Positions 10,288 to 21,187 are shown, counted from the stretch's first letter. The stretch is 56,983 nt of DNA from Promethearchaeota archaeon (GCA_048938385.1 JBHLMG010000004.1:1-56983), one strand, 5' to 3'. Notes: a model not told the origin generated them from the sequence alone. A program made the numbers and translations.

Positions 10288-13200
10288 TCATAGAATGCCG
10301 GGAAAGGGATTACCACAGAGACTATAAGCTAACCAACTATGAGGTGAGGGACCTTTACTTGCCAGTTTTCGTCGAGTGTGAAAAAGAGCTACGGCGATAG
10401 GGTCTCCTTCATATAGGTGTTTAAGTAGAGATTGTGTAAATACTGGTTGGAGTTGGGGTTCTGGTGTCCAGCGGGTAAAGAGGATAGAAGGTGCGCCAGC
10501 TGCTACTAAATGTCGAAGAAACCCTACAGTACTTAGACCATCGGCTCTTGGCTCTGTGCGTGTCGATTCATCTAAGACGAGGATAGGGGCTCCCCTGAAA
10601 ATTGAGGAGACTCCGATTTCTATCACTCGGAGGCTATCGGGGTGTTGTAGGGGAATTTCCCCCTTCCGATAGTGAAGGGTAGTCGGTGTTGAGAAGTAAA
10701 GGAGTGTGCGTGGTTGGTCAACATTGCGAGCAAGTTGGGCACGAGTAAATTCACGACCAAAAAGGACGATAGGTTCGTTGACTTTTTGTTGGTTGGGAAC
10801 GGCTGCCAGAAATACTCTAGCAATCTCTTCGGCTCTTTGCCTCCGGGCAGACCGGCCATCAGGGTTTGAATTTACTCCTAACAAAACCGTTGTTGGTCCT
10901 GATTGGGCAAGGGCTTTTGTTTTAAGGCTGCTTTCTAGACATTGGAAATCAGGAACCCATGCCATTGGATGCTTTAATCCCCAATACTCTTTGCCATCAT
11001 ACATGATATCAAAGGGCACATTGTTGAGAAATCCATCTGTGATGAATTGTAAAAATCCGTAGGTATGGGTTTGGAGTTCTCGATCTAACCGACTGGGTAT
11101 TAGGCTTCGGTACAAAAAAGAGGCCATGTCTCTTAAATCAACGATGGAGGGCAACTCTTGGGTGGTTTTTACCTGTTGAAGCCTTTGTACAACAGACTCT
11201 AAGTCAGCGGAAATCGGAAGAATGTGAAGGGTATGTCGACCAACATGATCAAGCGTGGTGATGATAATCCGTTGTTTTTCGTCAAGCACATCATAATTAA
11301 TCAATATCCATCGTCGATCTGGAGGCATCAAGGCAGTCAGTTTTTCTAGCATTCTGTAATCATTGGGCACCATTCCTCTGCCCGGGTCTTGACAAGCTGC
11401 AGCTATCACATTACGGTTGATGTTAATGTTTTCGAGTACTTCGTCTAATTCAGATCTCAACGCAGTGCGACGGGTTTGTGTTTCCTCTTGGTTTACACCT
11501 TCGAATGTTGTTTGGCTTAGTTGCTGTCGGAGTTCGCTAGCTTTGGTAAGAAGGCTTTGGTCCTCATTCATAAGTTTGGAAAGTTCAGGACAACGTTCGA
11601 ACCCCAGGGTCTCAGCTAAAAATGGATGAAGGCGTATCACTTTACGAGGAGTGGACCAATCAATAACCCTGTTGATGATTGCGCGGTCCGCATGTTTGTG
11701 GTAGTAATGGGCCGCAATATTGATGGCTTCTCCAACAATCTGTTGAGTGTGCTTCCACTCCAACGGGCGTTCGATACTTCCCGTTGCAGGGATGTCTAAT
11801 TCTTCGGCAACTCTAACAGCTTCAGTAATTAACTCGAGGGCTTGTTGGTAATCTTCAGTCTGTGCGAGCAGGTTTGCATGGTGTTGAAGCACAACAAGTA
11901 ATTCCTGCGTTAATTCTTTAGTCTTAAAAATTGTAGTTGCCGCATTGTAGTATTTTAAGGCGGCTTTGGCGTCTTCCATTTCTATGAGTGGACCAAGTTC
12001 AAGACATATTCTCCCTCTTAATACCTCATCCTTTTGGGGATCTATTGTTTGAAGAGCACCAAGGAGTGCTTCCTTTTGGAGATTGGGTTTTTTTAAGTGG
12101 CGATAGGCTTCAGCAAGATGGTGGTATGTGGCGCTCTTATCGAAGTAGGAACTATCCTTGAAATCCTTGATGGCCTGGCTAAGATATTGCGCCGCTTCTG
12201 AATATTGCTCATTTTTCATAAAAAGCAATCCGAGGTTAATCGCGGCTTCAGCCCGGAGTTCTTCCGGCAAATTTTCAGAACGAATGGTGTTTTCAAGGGT
12301 GCTCCTGATTTGATCAGGGGTTTGAGATTTCTGGTCCAATAGAGCAAGGCTCACCCCAAGTGATGAGGCAAGCCAGTTTTTCCCTTGGGTGGTGGCTTCT
12401 CGTTCAGCTTTTCGAAGAAAAGCGAGATCCTCTTGAAGGCGTTGGCTTTGCTGCAAAGCATTCAAGAGAAGACGATAGGCTTTGATTTCAAGGCTCTCTT
12501 CTTGCTGGCTTCTCAGGAGCTGGATTGCCATTTTGCTTTGCTCGATGGCATCTCTGAACTGTGCGAGCTGAAAGAAAGTATTAGCGACTTGAATGTAGAT
12601 TTGTGCTTCCTGAACTGGGCGTTTGTGTTCTTGGTAGTACCTAATGGCTTGGGTAAATTCCTGCTCAGCTTGTCGTCGGTTTCCTAGTCGGAGAAGCGCG
12701 ATACCTTTTGTCACATGGGTTTGTAGCAGTCGTGCCTGTTCGCCAACTTGTGAAAACATTTCAATAGCCTTATCAAAAAGGCGTAAGGATCTAATGTCTT
12801 GGACGAGGTGTTCTAGGATCTGAGCAACAACGATGGCAGTTTCAGCATACGCAAGTAAATTTTGTTGAGATTGAAAATACTGCAGAGCTGCTTCACCAAG
12901 GGGAAGAGCAGTTTCAGGCTGTCCCCTTTGCAGCAAAATGCGTGCTTTGTGATATTTGGTTAGAGCCGTTCCCATCGCATCAGCGGATTTTAAAAAGAAA
13001 GCTTCAGCTCGTTGAATACAGGCTTCAGCTTGATCAAATAAGTCCTTCGCCAAATAGGTGCTTGCAAGTCCTAATTGAGCATAAGCACCTAGTTCTGGAT
13101 TTCCTATTTGTTTCCAGAGTTGGATGAGCTGTAAGAACACCTTCTCCGCTTTATCGGGTTCCTCCAGCTGTTGCAAGATCCGGGCATACTCAGCTAATGT

Positions 13201-13704
13201 ATCTCCGTGAAGTTGTTGGTCTCCTAAATCTTTCGTGATTCCTAGTGCCTCGGTCAATCTAGTAGCACTCTCTCGATATCTACCTGCTCGTGCTAAGGCT
13301 TGACTGATTTCTGTTAACAAGATCACACGGTGTCTTCTATCCTCGCTAGGGCTCGAAATTTCTGCAGCTTGTTCAAGAGCTTGAGTGGCTTCTTCAAGGT
13401 ATCCAAAACTCTGCATGGTCCGCCCCATAGTGATCAGAGACTGTTTCAGAGCTGCAGGATCCGTTTGCTCTCGAAGAATCCGAACTGCTTGAGTGCTACT
13501 TACGAGCGCCTCTTTGTAGCGACCTAGTTCATGTAGAGCCCGAGCAATGTAGGTGCTAACGATGCCGGTTTTTCGTTTTTCTCCCTCTTCTTTATAGATG
13601 TTCAGGGCTAGATTCCATTCCTGTAAAGCCTTCTCAGGTTTTTTCTCCTTGAAATAGCGGAGACCGCTGTTAAACAATTCATCGCCCTTCGGTGGGGTTG
13701 ACAC
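10288..13704 (-). CDS. TPR-repeat protein with C-terminal CHAT (caspase/separase-like) domain, catalytic dyad degenerate
   Basis: About 640 aa of TPR-like repeats. CHAT hallmarks are LYRSLIP, FITDGFLNNVPFD, AGAPSILFTRW and WLAYSLCGNP. Confidence 0.85.
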   Translation of the reverse strand: MSTPPKGDELFNSGLRYFKEKKPEKALQEWNLALNIYKEEGEKRKTGIVSTYIARALHELGRYKEALVSSTQAVRILREQTDPAALKQSLITMGRTMQSFGYLEEATQALEQAAEISSPSEDRRHRVILLTEISQALARAGRYRESATRLTEALGITKDLGDQQLHGDTLAEYARILQQLEEPDKAEKVFLQLIQLWKQIGNPELGAYAQLGLASTYLAKDLFDQAEACIQRAEAFFLKSADAMGTALTKYHKARILLQRGQPETALPLGEAALQYFQSQQNLLAYAETAIVVAQILEHLVQDIRSLRLFDKAIEMFSQVGEQARLLQTHVTKGIALLRLGNRRQAEQEFTQAIRYYQEHKRPVQEAQIYIQVANTFFQLAQFRDAIEQSKMAIQLLRSQQEESLEIKAYRLLLNALQQSQRLQEDLAFLRKAEREATTQGKNWLASSLGVSLALLDQKSQTPDQIRSTLENTIRSENLPEELRAEAAINLGLLFMKNEQYSEAAQYLSQAIKDFKDSSYFDKSATYHHLAEAYRHLKKPNLQKEALLGALQTIDPQKDEVLRGRICLELGPLIEMEDAKAALKYYNAATTIFKTKELTQELLVVLQHHANLLAQTEDYQQALELITEAVRVAEELDIPATGSIERPLEWKHTQQIVGEAINIAAHYYHKHADRAIINRVIDWSTPRKVIRLHPFLAETLGFERCPELSKLMNEDQSLLTKASELRQQLSQTTFEGVNQEETQTRRTALRSELDEVLENININRNVIAAACQDPGRGMVPNDYRMLEKLTALMPPDRRWILINYDVLDEKQRIIITTLDHVGRHTLHILPISADLESVVQRLQQVKTTQELPSIVDLRDMASFLYRSLIPSRLDRELQTHTYGFLQFITDGFLNNVPFDIMYDGKEYWGLKHPMAWVPDFQCLESSLKTKALAQSGPTTVLLGVNSNPDGRSARRQRAEEIARVFLAAVPNQQKVNEPIVLFGREFTRAQLARNVDQPRTLLYFSTPTTLHYRKGEIPLQHPDSLRVIEIGVSSIFRGAPILVLDESTRTEPRADGLSTVGFLRHLVAAGAPSILFTRWTPEPQLQPVFTQSLLKHLYEGDPIAVALFHTRRKLASKGPSPHSWLAYSLCGNPFPGIL

Positions 13705-13848
13705 GATTAACCGTTCCTCTTTTGAATTTATGTTGTTAACCCACTAAAAGTTAGTCCTCTGAAACTAGAAACCCTTAACATGGAAAGAATAACATGGTAA
13801 GATAAAGGAAGCGATTCGGACGCTTCTAGCTGAAGAGATGGTTTTTTT

Positions 13849-15468
13849 CTAGTCAATATAACCCAGGCTTCTAAGTCGATCTTTAATTTCCTCTTCCTCT
13901 TGCTTGCTTAGTTGGACTTGCCTTCGCTTCTCATCTTTTGAGGTATAGAACTTTGGTTTCCTCTTTGCAGGATCAGAATCTGCAAGAAAAATCTCCTCTT
14001 TCACTTCTCCATCCACATCATCAGGTATGGGTAGGTCAAACAAATGGAGGATCGTTGGGGTGATGTCTTGTAGATCAATCTCAGAAATGGAGTGGCCGGC
14101 TTTAATCCATCCACCTTTCGCCATAAATACTCCACTCCGTTCGTGAGTTCCCTTGATTTGTGAAAGGCGTTCAAGGATGTTTTTGCCCGAAAGCGTTTTG
14201 GTTGCCTTATAATCCTCTGAGAGTAGGAGAATCAGATCAGGTGCATTATCTACAAAAGGTCCAGTGTAAATATCACGACGATGGAATACTGCGTTCACAA
14301 CAGAATTTCCCGATTCTGGGTCTTTCAGGTCGGAAAACGCTTTCTTTAACTTGTTGACAAGTTCTTCATATTCTTCTGAAGTTGAAGCATTAATTGTAAT
14401 ACTCTGGGTTTCAGCGGTAAATGTTGGAGAAAAGTATGCCTTGCTCCTCTTTTCATCTACTTCGAGGTGTGAAGGGGAAATGTATCGACGGAATGATGGT
14501 CCAGCAAGCTTGCGTAATTTGTTCCATAACGGTGGAGGAATGATGTTGCGCAGGCGTGACCGATAGATTCCCATACGAGCTAATACTGATGCGAACCGTT
14601 CCGCTTGGATGGGTTTGATCTTCGTTGTTTCCTGTAACCTCTTCTCTTTTCGGTGCTTCTGTTGTATCGTTAATAAACCAAGCTGGTTCAAATAGAGGTT
14701 GATGTGAAAGTCTTTCTTATACGGTGCGAACCCATGATCTGAGAAGATGAATAGGTGAGTGTTAGGATATTCTAATAGCAATTCACCTAAAATTCGATCG
14801 ACATGCTCATAGATTGATAATACTCCTTTTTGGTCGGCCCATCGGTGATGGGCCACAATATCTGTGGCACGAAATAACGCAACAAACAAGTCCCATTCCC
14901 CCTTCTGCATAAGATACCGGATAGCAGTATGTCGTTTGGTGAGTAATTCGTGCAGTTTAGGGAGGAATTGGGAAGGATTCGTGTCTGCAATTGAGGAATC
15001 AAATTGGACAGGGTAACCACCTGTTAAATTGTCCAGTTCTTCCATCAGTTGCTTTGGATGGGCAAAGTCTCTGCCTATTGGAGTTAGCATACCTGAGATG
15101 ATGATCCCGTCAATATTTTCAGGGGGGAATGTAAGGGGAACATTAACTACGATGCATTTCTTGCCAAAATCACTAAGGATGCGCCAAAGGGTCTTTCCTG
15201 TGATTTGAGTAGAATCCATTAAAATTGTCTTTGAGTCTTTTTTTCCCATGAAATCAAAGATTCCGTGTTTACCACAGTTTTTCCCGGTCATCAGTGTTGG
15301 AAACGCTGGGATCGTAGCTGGTGGAATGGTTGATCGCAGAACTCCACTTATACCCGTCTCGATTATCTGTTGAAAGGCTGGTAACTTTCCTGAACTGATT
15401 CCGGGTCTAATTACTCGAAAAGTTCCACCATCGATACCGATTAACAGTACCCTCGGCGTTGCATCCAT
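13849..15468 (-). CDS. Alkaline phosphatase superfamily (type I phosphodiesterase/nucleotide pyrophosphatase-like) protein
   Basis: Motifs IGIDGG, STIPPATIPAFPTLMTG..GKHGIFDF, FSDHGF, DITPTIL and C-terminal RLRSLGYI. Confidence 0.9.
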   Translation of the reverse strand: MDATPRVLLIGIDGGTFRVIRPGISSGKLPAFQQIIETGISGVLRSTIPPATIPAFPTLMTGKNCGKHGIFDFMGKKDSKTILMDSTQITGKTLWRILSDFGKKCIVVNVPLTFPPENIDGIIISGMLTPIGRDFAHPKQLMEELDNLTGGYPVQFDSSIADTNPSQFLPKLHELLTKRHTAIRYLMQKGEWDLFVALFRATDIVAHHRWADQKGVLSIYEHVDRILGELLLEYPNTHLFIFSDHGFAPYKKDFHINLYLNQLGLLTIQQKHRKEKRLQETTKIKPIQAERFASVLARMGIYRSRLRNIIPPPLWNKLRKLAGPSFRRYISPSHLEVDEKRSKAYFSPTFTAETQSITINASTSEEYEELVNKLKKAFSDLKDPESGNSVVNAVFHRRDIYTGPFVDNAPDLILLLSEDYKATKTLSGKNILERLSQIKGTHERSGVFMAKGGWIKAGHSISEIDLQDITPTILHLFDLPIPDDVDGEVKEEIFLADSDPAKRKPKFYTSKDEKRRQVQLSKQEEEEIKDRLRSLGYID

Positions 15469-15617
15469 GTCGTTTCACACTGTGTTCTAATCATTGAGGT
15501 ATCTACTTGAGGGTTATAATGTTTATTCCAAACATCATTCGCCATTTTCTCTTCTTGCTTAGCAGCACCTGAGAAAATCTTTTGCTCTTGAATAGATTTT
15601 AATTAGGCAACAAAGCT

Positions 15618-17243
15618 GTGTCAATATGTTCCTTCACCTCAAATCTGAGGATGTTGTATGAAGTAATGCCACTCACAACTCAGAATAATGCCAATCCTGT
15701 CAAGGTATTATTGATAGGTCTTGACGGGGCTAGCTTCAATTATATCAAGCCTTGGGTAAAAGATTCCAGTTTACCCAATTTAGCAAAGATCATCAAAGAA
15801 GGTGTTTCCGGTCCATTAATCTCCACGATTCCCTCGGTGACTCCACCCGCTTGGACATCAATGCTAACAGGAACCAATCCTGGCAAACATGGAATTTTTC
15901 ACTTCCACGACCTTTATGCAAGACCTCAGAAATCAATCGTCATCAACGCAACTCATCAACGAGATCTAACCCTCTGGGACATTTTAACCGAAGTTGGATT
16001 GCCAAGCATTTTTCTAAATGTTCCAATGACTTATCCACCCGACCCTATCAATGGAATCATGGTTACTGGCTTTTTAACTCCACCAACCTCTGAAGATTAC
16101 ATTCATCCTCAATCGCTTCGTGATCAAATTGATGCTATGGGCTATCAAATCGGTCAGATGTTTGGAGCTCGGTCACATCTTACATACGAGCAAATTGGAA
16201 GGCATATCCAGGCCCGTACTAAAACTGCGAAATGGTTGATGAAGAACCATGAATGGGCTCTCTTCATGGTAGTCTACATGGCCTCAGATGGCGTGGTTCA
16301 TCGGTATCCTGAGAATCCTGCGATAATCAAACATGTCTATAAACTTCTTGACACAGCCATTGGAGAATTAATAGACGCGGCTCCTCCTAACACAGTTGTT
16401 CTTGTTACTTCAGATCACGGAATTGGGTTACTTGACAAGCAATTCATGATTAACACTTGGCTGCGCAATCATTCATTCCTGCAATTCAGGGCGAAACCGC
16501 GAACGGTATCGAACAAAACAACAAAGAACCTTCTGGGAAGAATTGGAGGCATTAAACCAGTCAACCGCTTGCTTCACATCCTTCCTTTTCAACTCCGTAG
16601 AAAGATTTTCCGACAGGTTGTACCGAAATACTCTGATATCGATGTAACGAAATCACTTGCGTGGGGCGTAGCCTCAACTCGTAACTTCGCATTTATGGGA
16701 ATTAATCCATCACCAGATAAGAAAGAATTAGTGGAAAACCTCTACAATAAACTCAGTCAAATCACTGATCCCCGTACTGGACAAAGAATTGTAAAAGCCG
16801 TGCATCCGAGTAATGCTTTGCTGTGGGGTCCTGCGCTTGAAGGAGCACCACAAATTATCATTGAAACGCAGGAGGATTATGGGATAAAATGCGGGTTCAC
16901 TCATGACCGTAACGAAATTCGCCATTATACCAAACCGCTCGCCGCTCATACACGGGAAGGCATATTTCTGGCTTGCGGACCCGGTATCAAGACCCAAAAC
17001 CCAGAACAATTTTCCCCTCTTATCTGGGATGTAATGCCGACTATCCTACAAATATTAAATGTTGCACCACCCCACAATTTGGATGGACGCATCTTGCATG
17101 AGATATTTGAACCTGATTCGCCCTTCTCTCAAGAAAAACTCCAACCTGCAACCTATCGTAAGAGACAACGATCAAGGAAAGATCTAACCGCTGAAGAACA
17201 AAAACGAATTACTGATCGCCTTGAACAATTAGGCTACATGTAA
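15618..17243 (+). CDS. Alkaline phosphatase superfamily protein (paralog of the divergent neighbour; real start probably ~15666)
   Basis: Motifs IGLDGA, STIPSVTPPAWTSMLTGTNPGKHGIF, TSDHG, DVMPTIL and RLEQLGYM. Confidence 0.9.
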   Translation: MSICSFTSNLRMLYEVMPLTTQNNANPVKVLLIGLDGASFNYIKPWVKDSSLPNLAKIIKEGVSGPLISTIPSVTPPAWTSMLTGTNPGKHGIFHFHDLYARPQKSIVINATHQRDLTLWDILTEVGLPSIFLNVPMTYPPDPINGIMVTGFLTPPTSEDYIHPQSLRDQIDAMGYQIGQMFGARSHLTYEQIGRHIQARTKTAKWLMKNHEWALFMVVYMASDGVVHRYPENPAIIKHVYKLLDTAIGELIDAAPPNTVVLVTSDHGIGLLDKQFMINTWLRNHSFLQFRAKPRTVSNKTTKNLLGRIGGIKPVNRLLHILPFQLRRKIFRQVVPKYSDIDVTKSLAWGVASTRNFAFMGINPSPDKKELVENLYNKLSQITDPRTGQRIVKAVHPSNALLWGPALEGAPQIIIETQEDYGIKCGFTHDRNEIRHYTKPLAAHTREGIFLACGPGIKTQNPEQFSPLIWDVMPTILQILNVAPPHNLDGRILHEIFEPDSPFSQEKLQPATYRKRQRSRKDLTAEEQKRITDRLEQLGYM

Positions 17244-17276
17244 AATGCGTTTTAGTAAAATCAGATTTACATCAGA

Positions 17277-18395
17277 ATGATGAAAGGTGTTTATGACTCG
17301 GGTGACAAATTCTTGCGTATCTGTATGGTAAATGAAGTGGCAAATCAGGCGTTTCATCTCACGAAGGGCTTAGTACGCAATGGACATCAAGTCAAAGTCA
17401 TTTTGCATGAAAGTAAAAGATCAGATACCCTGCTTTTTTCTCAACAAACCATTCCTAATGTGGAAGTTTGTTGGCTCAAGGGAGGTCCAAGGAAGTTTCG
17501 TGCCATCACTATGGCCTCTCCGTTAATCCAGGAAATTGTAAATTTTAAGCCAGATCTAATTCATACGCATTATCTTCGAACTCTAGTTCTTCTATCTACG
17601 ATTGCTGCAATAGCGCTTCGTGTACCAGTAATTGGGGTCGCCCATGGCTCCGATATCCGTGGCTTTCGGCAGCAACTTCTTCGGCGAGCGGTATTACGGA
17701 TTTTCATGCACCGAATTAATCGCATAATTCTTACTGCGAAGCATTTCAAAAAAGAGGCGTTTATGGTTCCACAAGAAAAAATGGTGTACATTCCTCGAAT
17801 AATTGATACCGACCTCTTTCAACCTGGTGAGGCATCGCCTGAATTGCGGAATAAATATGGCGAAAAGGTCATCCTCTCAGTGGCTAGTCTCACAAAGATT
17901 AAAACACCAGAAAAAATGGTGCGTGCTTTTCGCTTTGTGGTTGATGAAATACCTGATGCGCAGCTTCTATTCTGTGGAGATGGCCCTGAGAAATCTACGC
18001 TACTTCAACTGCGCGATGATCTAGGCTTGACAAACAATGTTGCCTTTTTGGGAAATGTTCCCAATAGCCAAATGCCTAAATATTATAATTTTGCACGAGC
18101 TGAAGCCCACGCTTTTAATCGCCGAACTCCTGCTTTAGGCATTTCACACTTAGAAGCTCGGGCTTGTGGACTTCCTGTTGTCACCTATGTAGGGAGAAAA
18201 AAAATTCCTGGCGTGATCTCTGTTTATAATGAGAATGATATTGCTGAGGCTCTTATCCATCTTCTTCAGGATACCAAATATTCAGAACAACTTGGGCAAT
18301 TAGGCTTAGCGCATGTTCTCGCTCATTCAAGCATCGAAGCTGTGACCCAACAGACGCTCCAGCTTTATAATCAAGTTCTTGGGAAACGGAAATGA
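17277..18395 (+). CDS. Glycosyltransferase family 4 (GT-B)
   Basis: Motifs KPDLIHTH, AHGSDI, GDGPEK and LGISHLEARACGLPVV. Confidence 0.9.
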   Translation: MMKGVYDSGDKFLRICMVNEVANQAFHLTKGLVRNGHQVKVILHESKRSDTLLFSQQTIPNVEVCWLKGGPRKFRAITMASPLIQEIVNFKPDLIHTHYLRTLVLLSTIAAIALRVPVIGVAHGSDIRGFRQQLLRRAVLRIFMHRINRIILTAKHFKKEAFMVPQEKMVYIPRIIDTDLFQPGEASPELRNKYGEKVILSVASLTKIKTPEKMVRAFRFVVDEIPDAQLLFCGDGPEKSTLLQLRDDLGLTNNVAFLGNVPNSQMPKYYNFARAEAHAFNRRTPALGISHLEARACGLPVVTYVGRKKIPGVISVYNENDIAEALIHLLQDTKYSEQLGQLGLAHVLAHSSIEAVTQQTLQLYNQVLGKRK

Positions 18396-18504
18396 TTAGG
18401 TTAAATGCTGGTAAAAATGAAAATCTGCGAATGGCTTATAATTCAGAAATGCATGGAGACTTTCCATCGAAACTGCTGATAAAAACCTAGTAGATGTATG
18501 TCTC

Positions 18505-20031
18505 ATGGGAATTCGTTCAAAATATGCCAGAACAGCACTACTGAGCACTATACTCTCTAATGCTGGGTTTGTCATCAATCTCATTTACGGAAAAATACTC
18601 GCTGTTGTCATCACCAACCTAGATGAAGTGGGCATTATTGCCGCGCTCAATACAGTGGCAACATTGGTTCTTGGATTATCTACTTTAGGCATTCTATATA
18701 CCGTCACTCAAAAAGCCGCAGCTTCTCAGGGTAAGGGAGACGACAAAACAGCTAGAAGCATCATCTGGAAGGGTTCTTTGATCTATTATGTGACTAGCTT
18801 ACCTTTAGGAGCGGTATTGCTTTTTGTGTTTTTGATAACACAGAATTTACTGATATGGTTCATTCCCATGGCGATTTTCTTACTTTTGGGGCTAGTAATG
18901 AGCAGTCAACGAACTGCGATGAATAGTATGGTTGAACCAGATAAGGGCGTAGTGTTCTCGGGGTTCTATCGATGGACACAGTGGGGACTATCCTTAGGGC
19001 TCATGTACCTGTTTATTTTTCTATCAGTCCCTTACTTCTTTATTGGAATAATCTATGGTTGGGTCGTAAGCACCATCCTGTTTAGCATCATTGGATATTT
19101 GCTCACATCGAAATATGTGAAAGATGTGGACCGAAAACTAAGTCCTTCATCCATGGTCTATCTCAGTTTTGGACTTCCAGTGTTCGGAGCTTATGTGGTT
19201 CGGCTGGTGGGTCAGCAAATTGACAAGCTCTTCATCATGTATACAACTGGTTTAATTGATCCAAGTATATTGGCAAATTACTTCTTTGCTGCTCGAATTG
19301 GGAGCGCCTTGAATGAATTCTCTTTCAGTTTGACCGCTGGGCTAGTTGCTCTCCTTGGTGTCTTATTTGGAATCAGTAAAATACGCATGCAGCGGGCTCA
19401 TGCCGCTGTCCTTCGTTTTCTCCTTGTGATTACTATTCCTTTCTATACAGCAATTGCGGCCTTTGGAGAGCCAATCATTATTCTCTTGTTGGATCCTAAA
19501 TATTTTGGAATACGAACCTTTCTACCGTTTCTCACATTTGCCTTTCTCTTCGAGCTCATTATAGTAGTTCTTCTAATGGGTCGAAGAGCAACTGGAGAGC
19601 AGCGTATTATTCCGATCGTTTGGGGTGGGTTACTAGCAGTAAAATTGGGGCTTCTCGTCTTCGTTGGCTTCGATTTATTAGGAATTGCCATGACTATTCT
19701 CTTCTCTAATCTCGTCTTTGCGATTATCCTCGGATTTTATCTTCGTAAAGAAGTGAAGCTTGGGTGGTTTTGGATTAAGCTAGTTGTACCAATTCTCATT
19801 GTGTTAATTGCAGGAATGCTTAGTTTCTGGTTTTCTCTGGATGTGATTGCTTCTCTTCTCGTCTGTTTAATCGCTATCTTCATCTCAGTTTTTCTAAGCC
19901 TACGGCTACGATTACTCAGCATTGAGGATATAAACATCATTCGAAGCGTGATGCCCTCAAGAATGGTTCGATATGTGAATTTGATCGTGAAAATTGGTGG
20001 ATATCCTGTTGAGGTTTCCAATGAGAAATAA
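18505..20031 (+). CDS. Oligosaccharide flippase (Wzx/MOP family)
   Basis: About 13-14 TM segments; FGLPV...QIDKLFI...ANYFFAARI pattern; sits in a glycosylation cluster. Confidence 0.8.
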   Translation: MGIRSKYARTALLSTILSNAGFVINLIYGKILAVVITNLDEVGIIAALNTVATLVLGLSTLGILYTVTQKAAASQGKGDDKTARSIIWKGSLIYYVTSLPLGAVLLFVFLITQNLLIWFIPMAIFLLLGLVMSSQRTAMNSMVEPDKGVVFSGFYRWTQWGLSLGLMYLFIFLSVPYFFIGIIYGWVVSTILFSIIGYLLTSKYVKDVDRKLSPSSMVYLSFGLPVFGAYVVRLVGQQIDKLFIMYTTGLIDPSILANYFFAARIGSALNEFSFSLTAGLVALLGVLFGISKIRMQRAHAAVLRFLLVITIPFYTAIAAFGEPIIILLLDPKYFGIRTFLPFLTFAFLFELIIVVLLMGRRATGEQRIIPIVWGGLLAVKLGLLVFVGFDLLGIAMTILFSNLVFAIILGFYLRKEVKLGWFWIKLVVPILIVLIAGMLSFWFSLDVIASLLVCLIAIFISVFLSLRLRLLSIEDINIIRSVMPSRMVRYVNLIVKIGGYPVEVSNEK

Positions 20032-20057
20032 AAGGCTGGTTACGGTTTTGATCAGTC

Positions 20058-21122
20058 CTAAATGAGCTCTCCTATCTGTGGCTCTTTTGTAACTTCAACA
20101 AGTACAGGAGTTGTGTCAATTCCTCGTATCCAATATGTGTTTTCGGGAACTTCGGCGCGCGGTTCATCGAGTGTTTGCTCGTCAAGTTCTAAAGCCTGCT
20201 CAAAGAACTTCTTGACTAGGTTGTATCCGACCTTAGCGTACATGAAAGAAGGTGTAAAGAAACGCCCAGGATTGATTTCTGTAACACAGGGGACGTTGTC
20301 TTTGTTTTCTCGCATATCCACTCCAAAAACTCCATGAGGGCTTTTCGAGATGCTGTAGATGGTTTTTTTTCCAATTGAATGGACTTCGTCATCGTTGATG
20401 ACTCGAGCAATTGAGGGTGTGCCGGTAATGCCGCTTGGAGATACATGTCGTATGATGTACCGAATCCGTTCCCAAGCAATCGAACCTACGAGGTTTCCGT
20501 CAAAAAATACCCCTTGCCATGCCAGATTTCGACCAGGTAGGTATTCTTCAGCGCTAAAAGCTCCCCACCCTTCCCAGTAGTCAATCCATCGTTTCGCTAA
20601 TTCTCGATCATTTGCTGGAAGAGAACCACGCCCGCCAGCCCCCCTGATCAACCGAAGCCACACTGTAGATCCAAGTTCATCGAATGCCTTGTCAATATCT
20701 GAGGGATCAGTAACAAGGAATGCATTCGCGCAAGGAATATCTGCTTTATTTAAGGCATGAATTAGTTCATACTTATTGTGACAGAGCCTAACAACCTCAT
20801 TATTAGGTAGACAGGTTTTGGTGTGAATTTTTTCCCGGTTCTTGCTAATAGCCCCAACTTCAACATCAGGTTGGGCATGTATTAAATCGACACTTTCTTT
20901 CTCAATAATCTGATTAAGCGTTTGAATGTACTGGGAATCATCTGCTCGTGGTACGAGGTATTTTTGGTCATAGCCTGTTGTTAAGTAAATTTGCAGCTTA
21001 TCACAATCAACTCCAATCAATCGAAAAATGTCCTGGCCATGGCGTAGGCACCAGACGACATTCTGCGTAGGGGTTCCACCTGCTCCTGTGAGTAGGATAG
21101 TTTTTTTCGTCATTCTCATCAC
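20058..21122 (-). CDS. ATP-grasp ligase (short CarB-like/PylC-like architecture)
   Basis: N-terminal ILLTGAGG Rossmann-like domain; CHNK, GAGGRGS, EEYLPG and TEINPGRF. Confidence 0.85.
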   Translation of the reverse strand: MMRMTKKTILLTGAGGTPTQNVVWCLRHGQDIFRLIGVDCDKLQIYLTTGYDQKYLVPRADDSQYIQTLNQIIEKESVDLIHAQPDVEVGAISKNREKIHTKTCLPNNEVVRLCHNKYELIHALNKADIPCANAFLVTDPSDIDKAFDELGSTVWLRLIRGAGGRGSLPANDRELAKRWIDYWEGWGAFSAEEYLPGRNLAWQGVFFDGNLVGSIAWERIRYIIRHVSPSGITGTPSIARVINDDEVHSIGKKTIYSISKSPHGVFGVDMRENKDNVPCVTEINPGRFFTPSFMYAKVGYNLVKKFFEQALELDEQTLDEPRAEVPENTYWIRGIDTTPVLVEVTKEPQIGELI

Positions 21123-21187
21123 ACATTCTACACATTAGTCCAGCGTATAATGTTAAAGTTGATTGATTAATTTAGCGAGTCTAGTTT

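Noticed and set aside
10288-13704. CRISPR-associated (Craspase-like) or defence TPR-CHAT system
   Set aside because: There are no cas genes, array or recognisable effector nearby, and the catalytic dyad is absent.
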